NCBI RefSeq assembly: GCF_963921235.1
Contig: NC_086108.1
Span: 101,620,001 to 101,684,000, forward strand
Direction: 5' to 3'
DNA: 64,000 nt
DNA from: Mobula hypostoma
Lineage: Eukaryota
Part shown: positions 26,141-38,840 of the stretch, piece after piece
Numbering within the stretch: the stretch's first letter is position 1
How the letters are laid out: each line of letters begins with the position of its first letter
Position numbers and translations under genes: made by a program
Notes under the pieces: generated by a model
The model's input: only the letters and a program-made list of their open reading frames with translations
What the model was told of the DNA's origin: nothing
Database searches by the model: none

Positions 26141-26955
26141 GTAATTAGAGACACCGGACTGCTTTCCCGACTGATGATGAACTTTTCTACTTACAGCTCA
26201 TTGTATTAGTTACAGTTGATCACTGCAGAGCATCATCAAGGCAATATCCCAGGCCAGCCTGAATTCTGCTGCTTCAGAATCAGGTTTATATCAGGAACAT
26301 ACAAACTCCTTAAAGAGAGCAGCAGCAATTGAACCTGGGTCATTGGCACTGTAATAACATTGCACTAACTGCTACGCACCAGTGCCACTCTACATGTTGG
26401 TTAGTATAGTCCAATCCAGGCAATATCCTTATTCACTACAGAGTATTTTTTGCTTTGTCGAAGAGGATTTTCCATGACCCACAATCCTTAACATTTTGGG
26501 AAATCTAATAGGACCTTAAGACATAGGATTAGAATTTGGCCATTTGACCCATTGACTTTGCTCTGCAATTTAATCATGGCTGATTTTTTTTCCCCTTCTC
26601 AACCCCATTCTCCTGCTTCTCCCTATAATCTTTGATGCCTCTACTAATTAAATACCTATCAATCAAATACCTATAAATACACCCAGTTCGACATGTACGG
26701 TTCAGATGGGAACAAATGGGATCAGTGTAGAAGGGCAAAAAACTCTGCATTGACATGGTAGTTCATAAGGCACATTTTTGTCTTTGACCAGATACCCTGT
26801 TGTTTGTGATGTTGATGGAAGATTAACTACCAGGTATAAAACGGGAATAATCCCCTGGCTAGTCTTTGAAATAAGTCTTCGAGATCAATTGTAACCTTCT
26901 GGATAAGGACTTACTTTTAGCTACTCATCTGTTTTACACATTAATCATTTTTTAG

Positions 26956-27177
26956 GTCGTTGAATTCTGCACTGACAAGACCCACAATACCGAAGCACCC
27001 AACATGCAGAACACTATGTGTAATTACAGGAGCACTTGGGATGTGATCAGCCACTCGGAAGACTTCAGATACATTTCTTCGTCCCACACTGGTTCAACCA
27101 TCCCAACATTCACACTTCTACAGGCCAAGGACCGTGTGCTTTGCTTAGTCCTTGGCGTTTCAGGAAGCATGAATAAG
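26956..27177 (+). CDS. CLCA: CLCA exon 6 (end of Cys-rich region, start of vWA)
   Basis: ttttag|VVEFCTDKTHNTEAPNMQNTMCNYRSTWDVISHSEDF...LLQAKDRVLCLVLGVSGSMNK|gtaagg; 222 nt. Confidence 0.93.
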
Positions 27178-28130
27178 GTAAGGTCTTTATGATCAGGCCA
27201 TTCGATGAATTGTGTAGATAGGGTAACAAGAGAGTGACATTGTAAATGCATTCTGATATTTATTTATTTACGCATATTTTATTCCATTCCCATCTTTTAA
27301 CCTCTAACTTCATTAGCATTCTTAGTTATATATAATTCTTTACTTTATATAATTCATTATTTGTTATAATTGTTGAGTGTTGTTTTTTGGTGCATTTTGT
27401 GCCCTGAGCAACACACCACAGCAAACTCCTAAGATATGTAAATGTATATGGTGATTAAAGTTCAACTTGATGCTTGAAGAGAGGCCTCAGAGTGGGAACT
27501 GTGCAATTTTTTGTCTATAATATTTCATTTTCATTTACTGTATGTGAGTAGAAACAAACATATGGTCACCATTTGTTTCAAATTTATGCAAAATGTTGAA
27601 GTGGGTTTAACATTCCTGTCGGACTAAGAGACGGCATTCACTCAGTGATGGGGTGAGCTTTTGGCTAATGTGTGTAAATGATCAGTTAGACAGCTTTACC
27701 ATCTTACACCTGAGCTTCCTGCCCTTAATTTCTTCAAATCTATAATCCTTGGTACCACTCAGTGAAACCACGGGACACTAAACCTAATGCATGGACAATC
27801 CTTTGGACCCAAACATTCAGTAAGGTTTTATAATCAAATGGCTAGACAATGGTAGAATAGAGTTGTGGAAATTAAGAATTTTTTTTCCATTTAACCAGTG
27901 TGAATAATACAGAGACTCAAAGCAACTACATACTTAGGACAGTGTCACAATCTTTATTATGCTGAGGACATATCTTTAGACAATCCAAACAGCTACATAG
28001 ATTAATTTATCCAACTTGATCCCTCAACTGGAAACTGAGATACTTGGATAAAATGGACAGCTTTTTATGTTTGTTTGTCAGTCCTTCAGTGTATAATGGT
28101 GCAGTGCTGTCAGTTGGTTAAAGTGCTGGC

Positions 28131-31008
28131 TGTCATGGTCCCGATCGTTAATTCCCTATCTTGCTCCTAATTTTCTTTGATTATGCCATGGTCCCAATCG
28201 TTAATTTCCCAGATTGCTTCCAATTCTCTTTGATGATGGCACACCTGGTTTCCATCAAAGACTCAGTATAAGAACCCTTAAGTCACAACCACTTTTGTTG
28301 GTTGGCAAGGATCTGTCAAAACCCACTAGCTACAGACCAATTGCATTAACATCAAGTATATGTAAGATAATGGAAAGGATGATAACAGAAAGGTTATCAT
28401 ATGAGCTTGAGAAAAGGGGAATGCTGGCAAGTTATCAGAGTGGTTTTAGAAAGGGAAGGAATTCTATGGACTCAGTGATAATGTTAGAGACTGAAATAAG
28501 GAAGGCCCAGGCAAATAGAGAGTCAGTAGTGGCAGTGTTCTTTGACATTGAAAAAGCCTATGATATGATGTGGAAGGAAGGATTATTAATTAAACCGCAC
28601 AAGATGGGGGTTGGTGGGAGAGTTTTTAATTGGATTAAAGATCTTTTGTTTGGTAGAAAAATTCAAGTTTGGATTGGATCAGAATTATCAAAACAGTACA
28701 TAGTGGAAAATGGCACACCTCAAGGTAGTGTGATTAGCCCATTACTTTTCATGATTATGATCAATGATGTCTTCACAAAGGTACCAGTGGATATAGGTAG
28801 GTCACTGTTTGCGGATGATGGGGCCTTGTGGAAAAGAGGCAGGAACATGGACTATATAATCAGGAAACTACAAGAAGCAATTGATGAAGTGATGGAGTGG
28901 GGGTTATGATTGGGGATGTAGATTTTCAGTAGATAAAACTCAAACTGTATTTTTTACCAGGAAAAGGGTTGAGGTAGGGAAGAAGTTAAGGATGTATGGG
29001 GTTGAATTAGAAAGGGTTGCATCATTTAAATTTCTGGGAGTTATATTTGATTCACGATTAACATGGGCAGACCATATCAGGGAAGTTGAGGAGAAATGTA
29101 AAAAAGTAATAAATGTGATGAGATGTTTGACTGGTAGGGAATGGGGAGCAAGTTGTTCAGCTTTGAAGAGAATGTATGTGGCTTTAGTAAGATCTGTATT
29201 GGATTATGGAAATATAGTATATGGATCAGCAGTTAGGTCTCTTATAAGGAAACTGGATGTGATTCAGGCTCAGGCCTTGAGAGTGTGCAGTGGGGCTTTT
29301 AAAATGTCACCAGTGTCAGCCCTACAGGTAGAAATGGGAATAATGCCTTTGGAACTAAGAAGGATGCAACTGATGGCAAACTACTGGGCTAACTTGCAGG
29401 GGCACAATGATTCTCACCCTACTAAAGGAGTGTTGCAGGAGTGCTGGGAAAATGGGAGGTTTCAGAGGGATACCTTTAGTCGGGTAGGGAATGATATCGC
29501 GAAAGAATGTGGAGTGTTTGATCTGAGGATAAGTCCTTCAGTAGTTTATCCGGTTGTAGCTCCATGGAAGCTTGTATGGCCTGACATAGACTGGCATTTG
29601 TTAGAGGTAAAAAGGAAAGAAAGATATAAAACAGATTTGGTAAATGCATTTAACTGTCATGTGATGGAAAAGTATAGTGATTATACTCACATTTATACAG
29701 ATGGTGCGAAGGAACCTGAAACAGGAGTGACAGGGTTTGGGGTGGTAATACCAGCGAAAGAAATTGGAATCAGCAGAAGAACATCTAATAAGTTAGGGGT
29801 ATTTACAGTGGAGATGCTGGCAGTGTTGGTTGCATTGCAATGGGTGCAGAAAGCCAGACCATCCAAAGCATTGATATGTTTAGATTCATCCTCAGTTCTA
29901 GCAAGTTTAAGGTCTTTTCACACAAACAGTCGGCAAGATGTACTTTATGAAGTCCTTCAGTTAGTTACAAGAATTGCAAATCAGGGAGGTCAGGTAAAAT
30001 TTCTATGGGTTCCAGCACATGTAGGGGTGAAGGGGAATGAGAGGGTGGATGAGTTGGCAAAGAGGGCGTTAAAGAAAGAAAATGTGGAAATGCACATTAG
30101 TATCAGTAAAGCAGAGGTTAAGTGTGTAATCTGGGAAAAAGTCAACCGAATGTGGCAAGAAAGATGGGACAGGGAGGGGAAAGGGAGGCATTTATATCAA
30201 ATACAAAAGAGTATTGCAGTTACTAGGGTAGGTAATGGAAACAGAAGAGAGGAAATTGTGTGGACTAGGTTAAGGCTGGGGCACTGTGCATTAAACAAAA
30301 CATTGAAAATGATAGGGAAACACCAGACAGGATTGTGTGAGGAATGTCAGGAAGAGGAGTCAGTAGAACATGTAGTTCTGAGTTGCAGGAAGTATGGGAT
30401 ACAGAGAGAGATGATGAGAAATAAATTAAGGGAGTTGGGGATGCAGGAATTTACATTAAAAAGGTTGCTGGGCATGGGTGAGAGAGCACAAGTCCGGGTA
30501 TTTTTAGCGTTTTTAAGGGGTACAGGGGTTTTTTATAGAATATGACGAATAAACAGGAATAGGATACTAGGATGGTCAAAGATGGGAGGGTGAAGTGTAG
30601 GTTTGTGTGTGTGTGTGTGCGTGTGTGTGTGATTGGGTGAAGGGATTTAGAATGTATGTCTAGTGCACATTCTGGAGCAGAGGGTGGCGGTAATGCACCA
30701 TTAAGCTGGATGCCAACCGCCGTAAAACAAGATACAGACAGACACTTTTGTTGGTCTTTTTCCCTGTGAGTAAACTACATTTCCTGATTGCTTAGAACCG
30801 TTTGTTCTAAGTTTAGTTCCAGTTCCAAGGTTTACCTATGAGACTTGTTTCTCTGAGTCAAAGCTCAGGGTCATGGTTCCATATCAGGGCCCCGTGTCAA
30901 GAGCCCTCTTGCTTGCTGTTTGGCGTTTATGCCGGTGTAAACATCCAAACTCAATCGCTATGCCTGTGTCCTGCACTTGATGGTTTGCTCCAGTTCCTCA
31001 TTGCAACA
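28131..31008 (+). mobile_element. Solo LTR (about 425 bp) split by a Nimb LINE
   Basis: TGTCATGG...TTGCAACA termini; 5-bp TSD CTGGC (28126-28130 / 31009-31013). Confidence 0.8.
28303..30742 (+). mobile_element. I-group (Nimb-like) LINE with RT, RNase H and CCHC; 5'-truncated, near intact
   Basis: YRPIALTS, QSGFRKGR, FFDIEKAYD, GTPQGSVISP, LFADD; RNase H YTDG...E...DS...WVPAHVGVKGNERVD; CEEC.....VEHVVLSC; one +1 frameshift in the G run 28899-28903; 13-bp TSD CACTTTTGTTGGT (28290-28302 / 30743-30755). Confidence 0.9.
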
Positions 31009-32749
31009 CTGGCTTTGGTGAACACCAGGATTCAGTGAGATGGGGGAGCAGAAATTGGGAAAGCAAGGTGAAGTTTTACCTTTTTCCTCAACTCTACTAG
31101 TTCACTGCAAGGGTAGTGGTAGTGCTCAGTGGTATATGTTATGTTTGTGCTTAGTAAAGGCAAACTTGGTGTGGGCTGATATTAAAACATTTTATTGCTG
31201 AACTGCTCAACACTGTGCACTCTCAAACCCATCACCATCGTCACCTCTGGTTCCAGATGAATTGCTCGCCATGCTCAAGTGGAACTGAAATTCTTCATTA
31301 TGCACAAATGATAGCACATCTTCCCCCACCCAAAGGAAAAAACAAACAAACACAATACTAAGTCCTTTTAAACCTGCAAGAAACAATAAACCTTTCCAAC
31401 AAAGACATCTACATTCCATACCCAATCTCTTTTTTTTGAATTTTCAACTGTTCACCATTTCAGCTTCCATTGTAATGAACAACAACAGTCCTTTGCCCAT
31501 TCATCAACTTTTGGTCTACTATTTGTTTCCATGTGTATGTTGCTTGCATTTGCTTATTAATATTTGTGTCTTTCTGTGAACTATGACCAACATGTTCACT
31601 TTCTAGATATGCTGGCCCCTTTGGTGTACTGACAGGTAATGTGTCACAGCTATGGGTTGGAGCTTGTACATCCATGTAGTTCCTTCTCAGAGGTGTCCCT
31701 TGCTCCATTTGGATCTGGTAAGAATGTGGAGCTACTTCTTCTTGCACATATCCTTGCATGCACCATGTGCCAGAATCGTGATCTTGGATTCGCACTTGAT
31801 GTTCAGGCTTCAGGACTAGTACGTTTTTCGCAGTCTTGTTGTGATACTGCTGCTGTTTTTCTTTCTCTTTCACTTTAGCCAATTTGACCTTGCGTGCTCC
31901 TCTAGGTGTCAACAGGTTTTTATTGACTGGAGGATTAGTGCATATGCATTGACCCATTAGCACTTGGGCTGGTGACAGGCCATTCCGTAGTCGTGCACTT
32001 CTGTAAAACATTAGTCTTACAGAATTCCTCTCATCCATTTTGTGCTTTCTTCATGAAGACCTTCACAACCTTGACCGAACTATTTGCCAGGGCATTGCAT
32101 TTTGAGTAAGGTGGGCTTGAGTTTGTATGTCAAGACCCACAAACATTGGCAAAGGACTCAAATTCACAACTGAAAAATTGTGAACCATTGTCTGATACTA
32201 CTTCACATGGAACTCCATGTCTTGCAAACACTTTTTCAGGAAGACAATGTTGGCTTTACTGGATGTTGATTTCAGTATTGCAACCTCTGGGTAATTGGAG
32301 AAGTGGTCTGCTATAGCAATATGATGCTTCCCATTACAATCAAAGAAATCCATTGTAACTTTGAAGTATGACCTGTCTAGTACAGGATGTAAGTGGTTCT
32401 GCTTGCTGCTTTGGTTTGGAGCTAAGACATATTTCACATGAAGCAATGGTCTGGCTGACATCTTCATTTATTCTTGGCCAGTACATCACTTCACGAGCTC
32501 TGTTTACATTTTTCTACACCAAGATGCCCTTCGTGTATCTTCTAGAGCAGCCTTTCTCAACTTTGTTGTCTTCGGGGAACCATTGAAAAAATGTTCAGGT
32601 TTCAGGGAACCCTTGGGTAAAAATTATTGTATCTACAGCTCACGGTATGTTAGCGTGATCATTAAGTTGTAGATATAAGAATCGAAAAATAACTGTCAAT
32701 GCTCTTTTGAGTGGAGAATGATTTTTAGCCAACCTTTCTTGGAAAAAAC

Positions 32750-34428
32750 AGAATCAGAATCAAGTTTATTATCACCGGCCTATTTTTGTGACATTTGTTA
32801 ACTTACCAACAATAGTTCAATGCAATATATAATAGAAAAGAAAAATCAATCAATCAATTACAGTATACATATATTGAATAGATTAAAATCATGCAAAAAC
32901 AGAAATAATGTATTAAAACAGTGGGTTGTGTTCAAGGGTTCAATGTCCATTTAGAAATCAGATGGCAGAGGGGAAGAAGCTGTTCCTGATTCACTGAGTG
33001 TGTGCCTTCAGGATTCTATACCTCCTACCTGATGGTAGCAGTGAGAAAAGGGCATGCCCTGGGTGCTGGACGTTGACTTTCTGAGACACCACTCCTTGAA
33101 CAGGTCTGGGGTACCTTGGTGGCCGACTTAATTTACGACCCTCTGCAGCGTCTTTTGATCCTGTGCCGTGATGCAGCTTGTCAGAATGCTCTTGACAGTA
33201 CACCTGTAGAAGTTTTTGAGTGTTTCTGTTGACATACAAAATCTCTTCAAACTCCTAATGATGTATAGTAGCTGTCTTGCCTTAATAACTTCATCGATAT
33301 GTTGGGAGAAGGTTACAGAAACTTAAAATTGCTCACTCTCCAATTCTGATCCCTCTTATGAGGATTGTTGTATGTTCCTTCGTCTTACCCTTCCTGAAGT
33401 CCTCAATCAGCTCGTTCATCTTTCTGACCTTGAGTGCAAGCTTGTTGCTGCGACACCACTCCACTAGTGGGTATATCTCACTCCTGTATGCCTTCTTGTT
33501 TCGATCTGAAATTCTACCAGCAATGGTTGTATCATCAGCAAATTTACAGATACTGTGCCTAGCCACACAGTCATGGGTATAGAGAGAGTAGAGCAGTGAG
33601 CTTAGCACACACCCCTGTGGTGCTCAGTGGTGATCATCAGTGAGGAAGAGATATTATCACCAATCCACACAGATTGTGGTCTTCCAGTTGGGAAGTCGAG
33701 GATCCAATTGCAGAAGGAGGTACAGAGGCCCAGGTTCTGTAACTTATCAATTAGGATTGTTGGAATGATGGTGTTAAATGCTGAATCATTGTTGATTAAC
33801 ATCATCCTGACATAGGTGTTTGTATTGTCCAGGTGGTCTAAGGCCATGTGAAGAGCCATCGAGATTGCATGTGCCATTGTTCTATTGTGGCGAAAGGCAA
33901 ACTATAGAGGGTCCAGGTCCTTGCTGAGAGAAGAGTTCAGTCCAGTCATGAATTTCATCACTGTAGGTGTGAGTACTATTGGGAGATAGTCATTAAGGCA
34001 GCTCATATTATTTTTTTTTTGTGGACACGTGGCCAAGTGGTTAAGGCATTGGACTAGTGACCTGAAGGTCATGAGTTTGAGCCCCAGCCGAGGCAACGTG
34101 TTGTGTCCTTGAGCAAGGCACTTAATCACACATTGCTCTGCGACGACACTGGTGCCAAGCTGTATGGGTCCTAATGCCCTTCCCTTGGACAACATTGGTG
34201 TCGTGGAGAGGGGAAACTTGCAGCATGGGCAACTGCTGGTCTTCCATACAACCTTGCCCAGGCCTGCGCCCTGGGGAGTGAAGACTTTCCAGGCGCAGCT
34301 CCATGGTCTCACAAGACTAACGGATGCCTTTACTTTACTTATTATTCTTTTTAGGCACTAGTATAGTTGTTGCCTTTTTGAAGCAAGTGGGAAATTTTAC
34401 CCATATCAGTGAGTGGTTGAAACTGGCA
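32750..34428 (-). mobile_element. Rex1/Babar-like LINE nested in the hAT element
   Basis: CLNDY.PIVLT, SAFNTIIP, LYSLYTHDC, KFADDTT, LPSGRRYR. Confidence 0.8.
34021..34340 (+). mobile_element. tRNA-derived SINE nested in Rex1
   Basis: Head GTGGCCAAGTGGTTAAGGC (A box) and GAGTTTGAGCCCC (B-box-like); (TTTAC)n tail. Confidence 0.75.
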
Positions 34429-35545
34429 GTTAAGCTTAACCTACCTTTCTTGAAATTCATCTTTCCTTCCATAAATTTTAAAAACTTTTAAGGCAAACAT
34501 AATAAATTTCTGTAAAAGAACTGGCTTAAGCCAAAATGGGATTTGATTTTTCTAAAGGTAGGCTCCATAGATTTAATTTAAATAAAGGTTGTAAATTGAT
34601 TTTAATCAATGCTATTTACAACATGAAAATTTATTGATGAAGTTGAATATTAAACTTACTAAAAACCATAAGCCAAAGCCATATGAATAAAAAAATATAG
34701 CCTAAAACACAAAATTTTATACAAAACTTCAAAAAAAACATTTTTTACTAAGTGACATGATCAGGTTTAAATATAGGCTGAATATGTGAAACCTGTGCTT
34801 TTTTTTTGCTGTGCAAGTACTCAATTCTGGGTTAAACTTGAGATAAGCACACATAGATTTCACCTTCAACCAATTTCTATCCTTGCTCTTGATGCTAGAT
34901 AAAGAAGAAAAAGCTTGCTCACGCAGGTAAGAAGCTGTAAACTGCAGCCAAATCACAACATTGGATCACCTTTAGAATGAAAATCTTGCTGCAATTTTTC
35001 GCTACATCAGTAGAGTTTGTTTGCTCCCATAAGTCAGTCAGTGGCATGTAAGGAGAAATTGCGGAAGATAATTCGGAAGGGAGAGGACTCAAACATGGTC
35101 CTGCTGCACACTCCCATACTGGGCTGGAGACCTAACGAGATTGCTAACGAGGCTTTTTGATCACTGCCCACCACTGCAAGTGCTAGCATCGCACTTTGCG
35201 CGAAGTTCAAAAACAATTTTATTATTTTAAATCACTAACTCTTGCAGAACCCCTAGTGACCTCTTGTGGAACCCCAGTTGAGAAATCCTGCTGTAGAAAA
35301 ATCACAAAGACTTCCTCCATTTCCTTCACCTGTGTGTACTTTTCCCTTGGTTGCCTCAGCTTTGCAGCACTTTGCAAAATGATTCTTCTTCCCACAATTA
35401 TTGAAGGACTTTCCATAGGCAGGTTACATCTTTGGAATGTGACTACCTCACATCTGCTGCATTTGCAGTCTGCGCATTCCTCTTTGCTTTGCTGTTGATT
35501 TGGGAAACGCCTTGTGCACTGCTCCTCTGATTTCACACCATGCAC

Positions 35546-36300
35546 TGAATTGAATTGAATTGACTATTTCTTACATCCTTCACATACACGAAGAGTAAAA
35601 ATCTTTACATTATGTCTCCCTCTGAATGTGCAATTTATAGTAATTTGTAATAGATCGTATGTACAACAGAACAGTCAATATAGCATAGAAATACAATTGT
35701 CAGCGTGAATTAATCAGTCTGATGGCCTGGTGAAAGGAGCTGTCCTGGAGCCTGTTCCGTCTGGCTTTTAGGCTATGGTACCGTCTCCTGGATGGTAGCA
35801 GTTGGAACAGCTTGTGCTTGGGGTGCCTCAGGTCCCCAATGATCCTTCGGGCCTTTTTCCACACAGCTGTCTCTGTAAAAGTCCTGAATAGTGGGAAGTT
35901 CACATCCACAGATGTGCTGGGCTGTCTGCACCACTCTCTGCAGAGTCCTGCGATTGAGGGAAGTACAGTACCCATACCAGGCAGTGATGCAGCCAGTCAG
36001 GACGCTCTTAATTCTGTCCCTGTAGAAAGTCCTAAGGAATTGGGGACTCATGCCAAACTTCTTCAAACATCTAAGGTGAAGAGGCACTGTTGTGTTTTTT
36101 TCACCACACAGCCTAATGCGAGGGTATTTACAGACTACATGAGGTCCTTGGTGATGTGTATACCAAGGAACTTAAAGCTGTTCACCCTCTCAACCCTAGA
36201 TCCATAGATGTCAATAGGGGTGAGACTGTCTCCGTTCCTCCTGTAGTTCACAACCTCAATTTTGCGATATTGAGGGAGAGGTTGTTTTCTTGACACCACT
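35546..36300 (-). mobile_element. Rex1/Babar-like LINE 3' fragment
   Basis: ORFs 35700-36087: LRTFYR..IKSVLTGCITAWYG, LPSRRRYHSLKAR.NRLQDS; (ATTGA)n tail. Confidence 0.8.
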
Positions 36301-38357
36301 GTTGTGTCAGCCCTGTGCAGCTCCTTAAAATATTCCCTCGCTAACGACTGAGTTTCTCAAATCACTAAATTCACAGGATTTACTCAGTGTGTGAAGCTCA
36401 GCTAGGTATTGGTCAAAGCTAACACTTTGTTTCTGGTCACAGGGAAAAAAATGTATCTCTCAGATGTGATGATCCTCAAATTTTGTTATCAGAGTGACCA
36501 ACGTAGAAGTTGTCTCATCAATTTGAAAGTTGTTATAGATGTCCAAAGCACCTTCATCAATTACATACAGAAAAATAGTCACTTTCAAATTTTCATCGGC
36601 CTCTCCCACTCTGCTAGCAGCTAAATATAAATTTAAACACTGTTTGAAGCATTTCCAATTATCAGTTGGATTGCCAGTAAACTGCACAGGTGTGGGAGGA
36701 TTTAGCTTATCCATGATGGGAACTCAAGCCCTCTCAATAGAATCTTTCTTGGTGAATCTGGTGACTTGGTAAAAATATGTTTTCTTGCCTCATTGGCTGG
36801 CTTCTCTCTGTCACTTGCTGCTAGCACCTTTGGACTCTCTCTCTTTCTCAGTTGCACACAGTATTCATTTACTCTGTGATCAGTACGTTGACTTCTGACA
36901 CCATGTTATATTTGTTCTTAATAGAGACAAACTTGGTGTGTGTTTACATTAGGACATTTTATTACTGTGCACATGCAACCACAGTCACCATTGTGGCCTC
37001 CAGTTCTGGGTGAATCGCTCATTTTGGCCACTGGAGAGTGAAGTTCTGTATTATGCACATATAATAACACTATGTGTGCCTCTTGTGTGGTGAGGGAGAT
37101 CAGAGAACAGTCAGGTGACACTGAGGACAATTTCTGCAGCAAGTGTTGACCAGCTGTAGCTCCTCTCCGACTGTATGGATGGTTGGAGCAGCAGTTGGAT
37201 CAGTGAGGAGAGTACAGGAGGCAGAGACTACTACAGTTAGCATTTCCAGGAGATGGTCAGACCAAAAGTTCAGCCAGAGTTTGTGTTGGATATTCATTTC
37301 CAGGGACCAAGGGACTTATTGCTAACCTTTATTTTCTAGGACAGCAGCATATCCCTTCCAATGGGTGACAAAGTTAAACTCCTAACCGATGTTCCTTGTT
37401 CACCCTCACATCATAAACTGGAGAACAAATTTCTCGTTGGACCATGGTTTAATCCAAAATACAATGTGATGTACCTGGCGTCATTTAATGGATATACAGT
37501 CTATGTATAAAAGCTAATCATATGTAAATGCAGACATATTCAACATCCTGTTTTACATTCATATTTCTAGTGTCTTTTTTTAATGCTGCCTCAGACCCAG
37601 AGTAAACAATCATTTTGTTCTGCTTTATACTCATTTACTGATGAATGACAAGAAACAACCTTGAATTGAATTGCATTGGACAACATTTGAAAATACGTTT
37701 TAGTTACAGACAGTAGTAGGAACATTGAAAACAGCACCGAATGAGCAAGACCATGGAACATAGAAATTTACAGCACATTACAGGCCCTTTGGCCCACAAT
37801 GTTGTGGCGACCATGTAACCTACTCTAGAGACTGTCTAGGATTTCCCGAGCGCATAGCCCTCTATTTTTCTCAGCTCTATGTACCTATCTAAGAGGCTCT
37901 TAAAAGACCCTATTGTATCTGCTTCTGCCACCGTCACTGGCAGTGCATTCCACACACCCATCACTCTTTGTGTGAAGAACTTACCCCAATATCCCCTTGG
38001 TACCTATTTCCAAGCACCTTAAAACTCTGCCCCCTCATGTTAGACATTTCAGCCCTGGGAAAAAGCCTCTGGCTATGCATATGATTAATGCCTCTCATCA
38101 TCTTATACTTCTCTATCAGGTCACCTCTCTGGGGATGGTGAGCCCCACATTACCAAACAGGTAAATGTGCTGGTCACTTGCTCATCCAGTAATGTGGGGC
38201 TGAATTGCAACAACAGCCTGATTCCAGCAGAATGGCCGCAGCTTCATGGTTTACATCTAAAGGCATTAAGATTCAGTTGTATCCAGCACTGTCTGGCCCA
38301 TTAAACGGGGCTGAGATTAATCTTACATCACACTTTGTGCTTTATGTTTGTGAACAG

Positions 38358-38581
38358 GGGAATCGCATTGTCAGGCTTCGACAAGCTGCTGAGATATTCT
38401 TGCAGCAGATCATTGAAAAAGGACACAAGTTGGAATTGTCACTTTTAACTCTGATGCAAGCATTAATACACAGTTAAAAAAGATTGATAATCCGAGTGTG
38501 AGGAAGCATCTTGTACAGCTGCTACCAACATCAACTGGAGGGGGAACGAATATCTGTGCGGGGGTTCGATCTGGCTTTCAG
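38358..38581 (+). CDS. CLCA: CLCA exon 7 (vWA), frameshifted
   Basis: aacag|GNRIVRLRQAAEIFLQQIIEKG / frameshift / VGIVTFNSDASINTQLKKIDNPSVRKHLVQLLPTSTGGGTNICAGVRSGFQ|gtaggt; 224 nt, whereas a phase 0-0 exon needs a multiple of 3. Confidence 0.9.
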
Positions 38582-38662
38582 GTAGGTCTGGAAAACTTCA
38601 TGAACACATTCCTTTCAGGGATTACATTTTACCCAATTTGTTGACAACTCATTGTCTTACAG

Positions 38663-38840
38663 ATACTTCGTGGTGATGATGGAGATACAAGTGGTGATGA
38701 AATTATTTTGCTTATGGATGGAGAGGACGACAGTATTAGCAGTTGTTTCACAGAGGTGGTACAGAGTAACACCACGATCCACACAATTGCACTAGGGCCA
38801 AGTGCAGACAAGGATCTAGAGAAGCTCTCAGCAAAGACAG
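38663..38840 (+). CDS. CLCA: CLCA exon 8 (vWA)
   Basis: ttacag|ILRGDDGDTSGDEIILLMDGEDDSISSCFTEVVQSNHTIHTIALGPSADKDLEKLSAKT(G)|gtaacc; 178 nt, phase 0-1. Confidence 0.93.

Larger units (their letters stand above)
32548..35290 (-). mobile_element. hAT (Charlie-like) remnant nested in Gypsy
   Basis: TIR CAGCCTTTCTCAAC / GTTGAGAAATCCTG; degenerate TSD TTCTAGAG/CTGTAGAA; transposase C-terminus YLREQAFSSL..IKSKDRN.L (34729-34956). Confidence 0.72.
31137..37069 (-). mobile_element. Old internally deleted Gypsy LTR retrotransposon with nested insertions
   Basis: Diverged LTRs at about 31137-31318 and 36904-37069; PBS TGGTGTCAGAAGT (tRNA-Leu-like, 36891-36903, -); PPT near 31319-31330; gag GNPTDNWKCFKQ (36460-36714); integrase remnants 31460-32500. 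Confidence 0.8.

Noticed and set aside
28992..30545. 517-aa ORF as a possible host RNase H gene
   Set aside because: Continuous with the upstream RT ORF across one frameshift and bounded by a TSD, so it is LINE ORF2
34021..34095. tRNA-like sequence
   Set aside because: Head of a SINE with body and simple-repeat tail; B box degenerate and no clean acceptor stem
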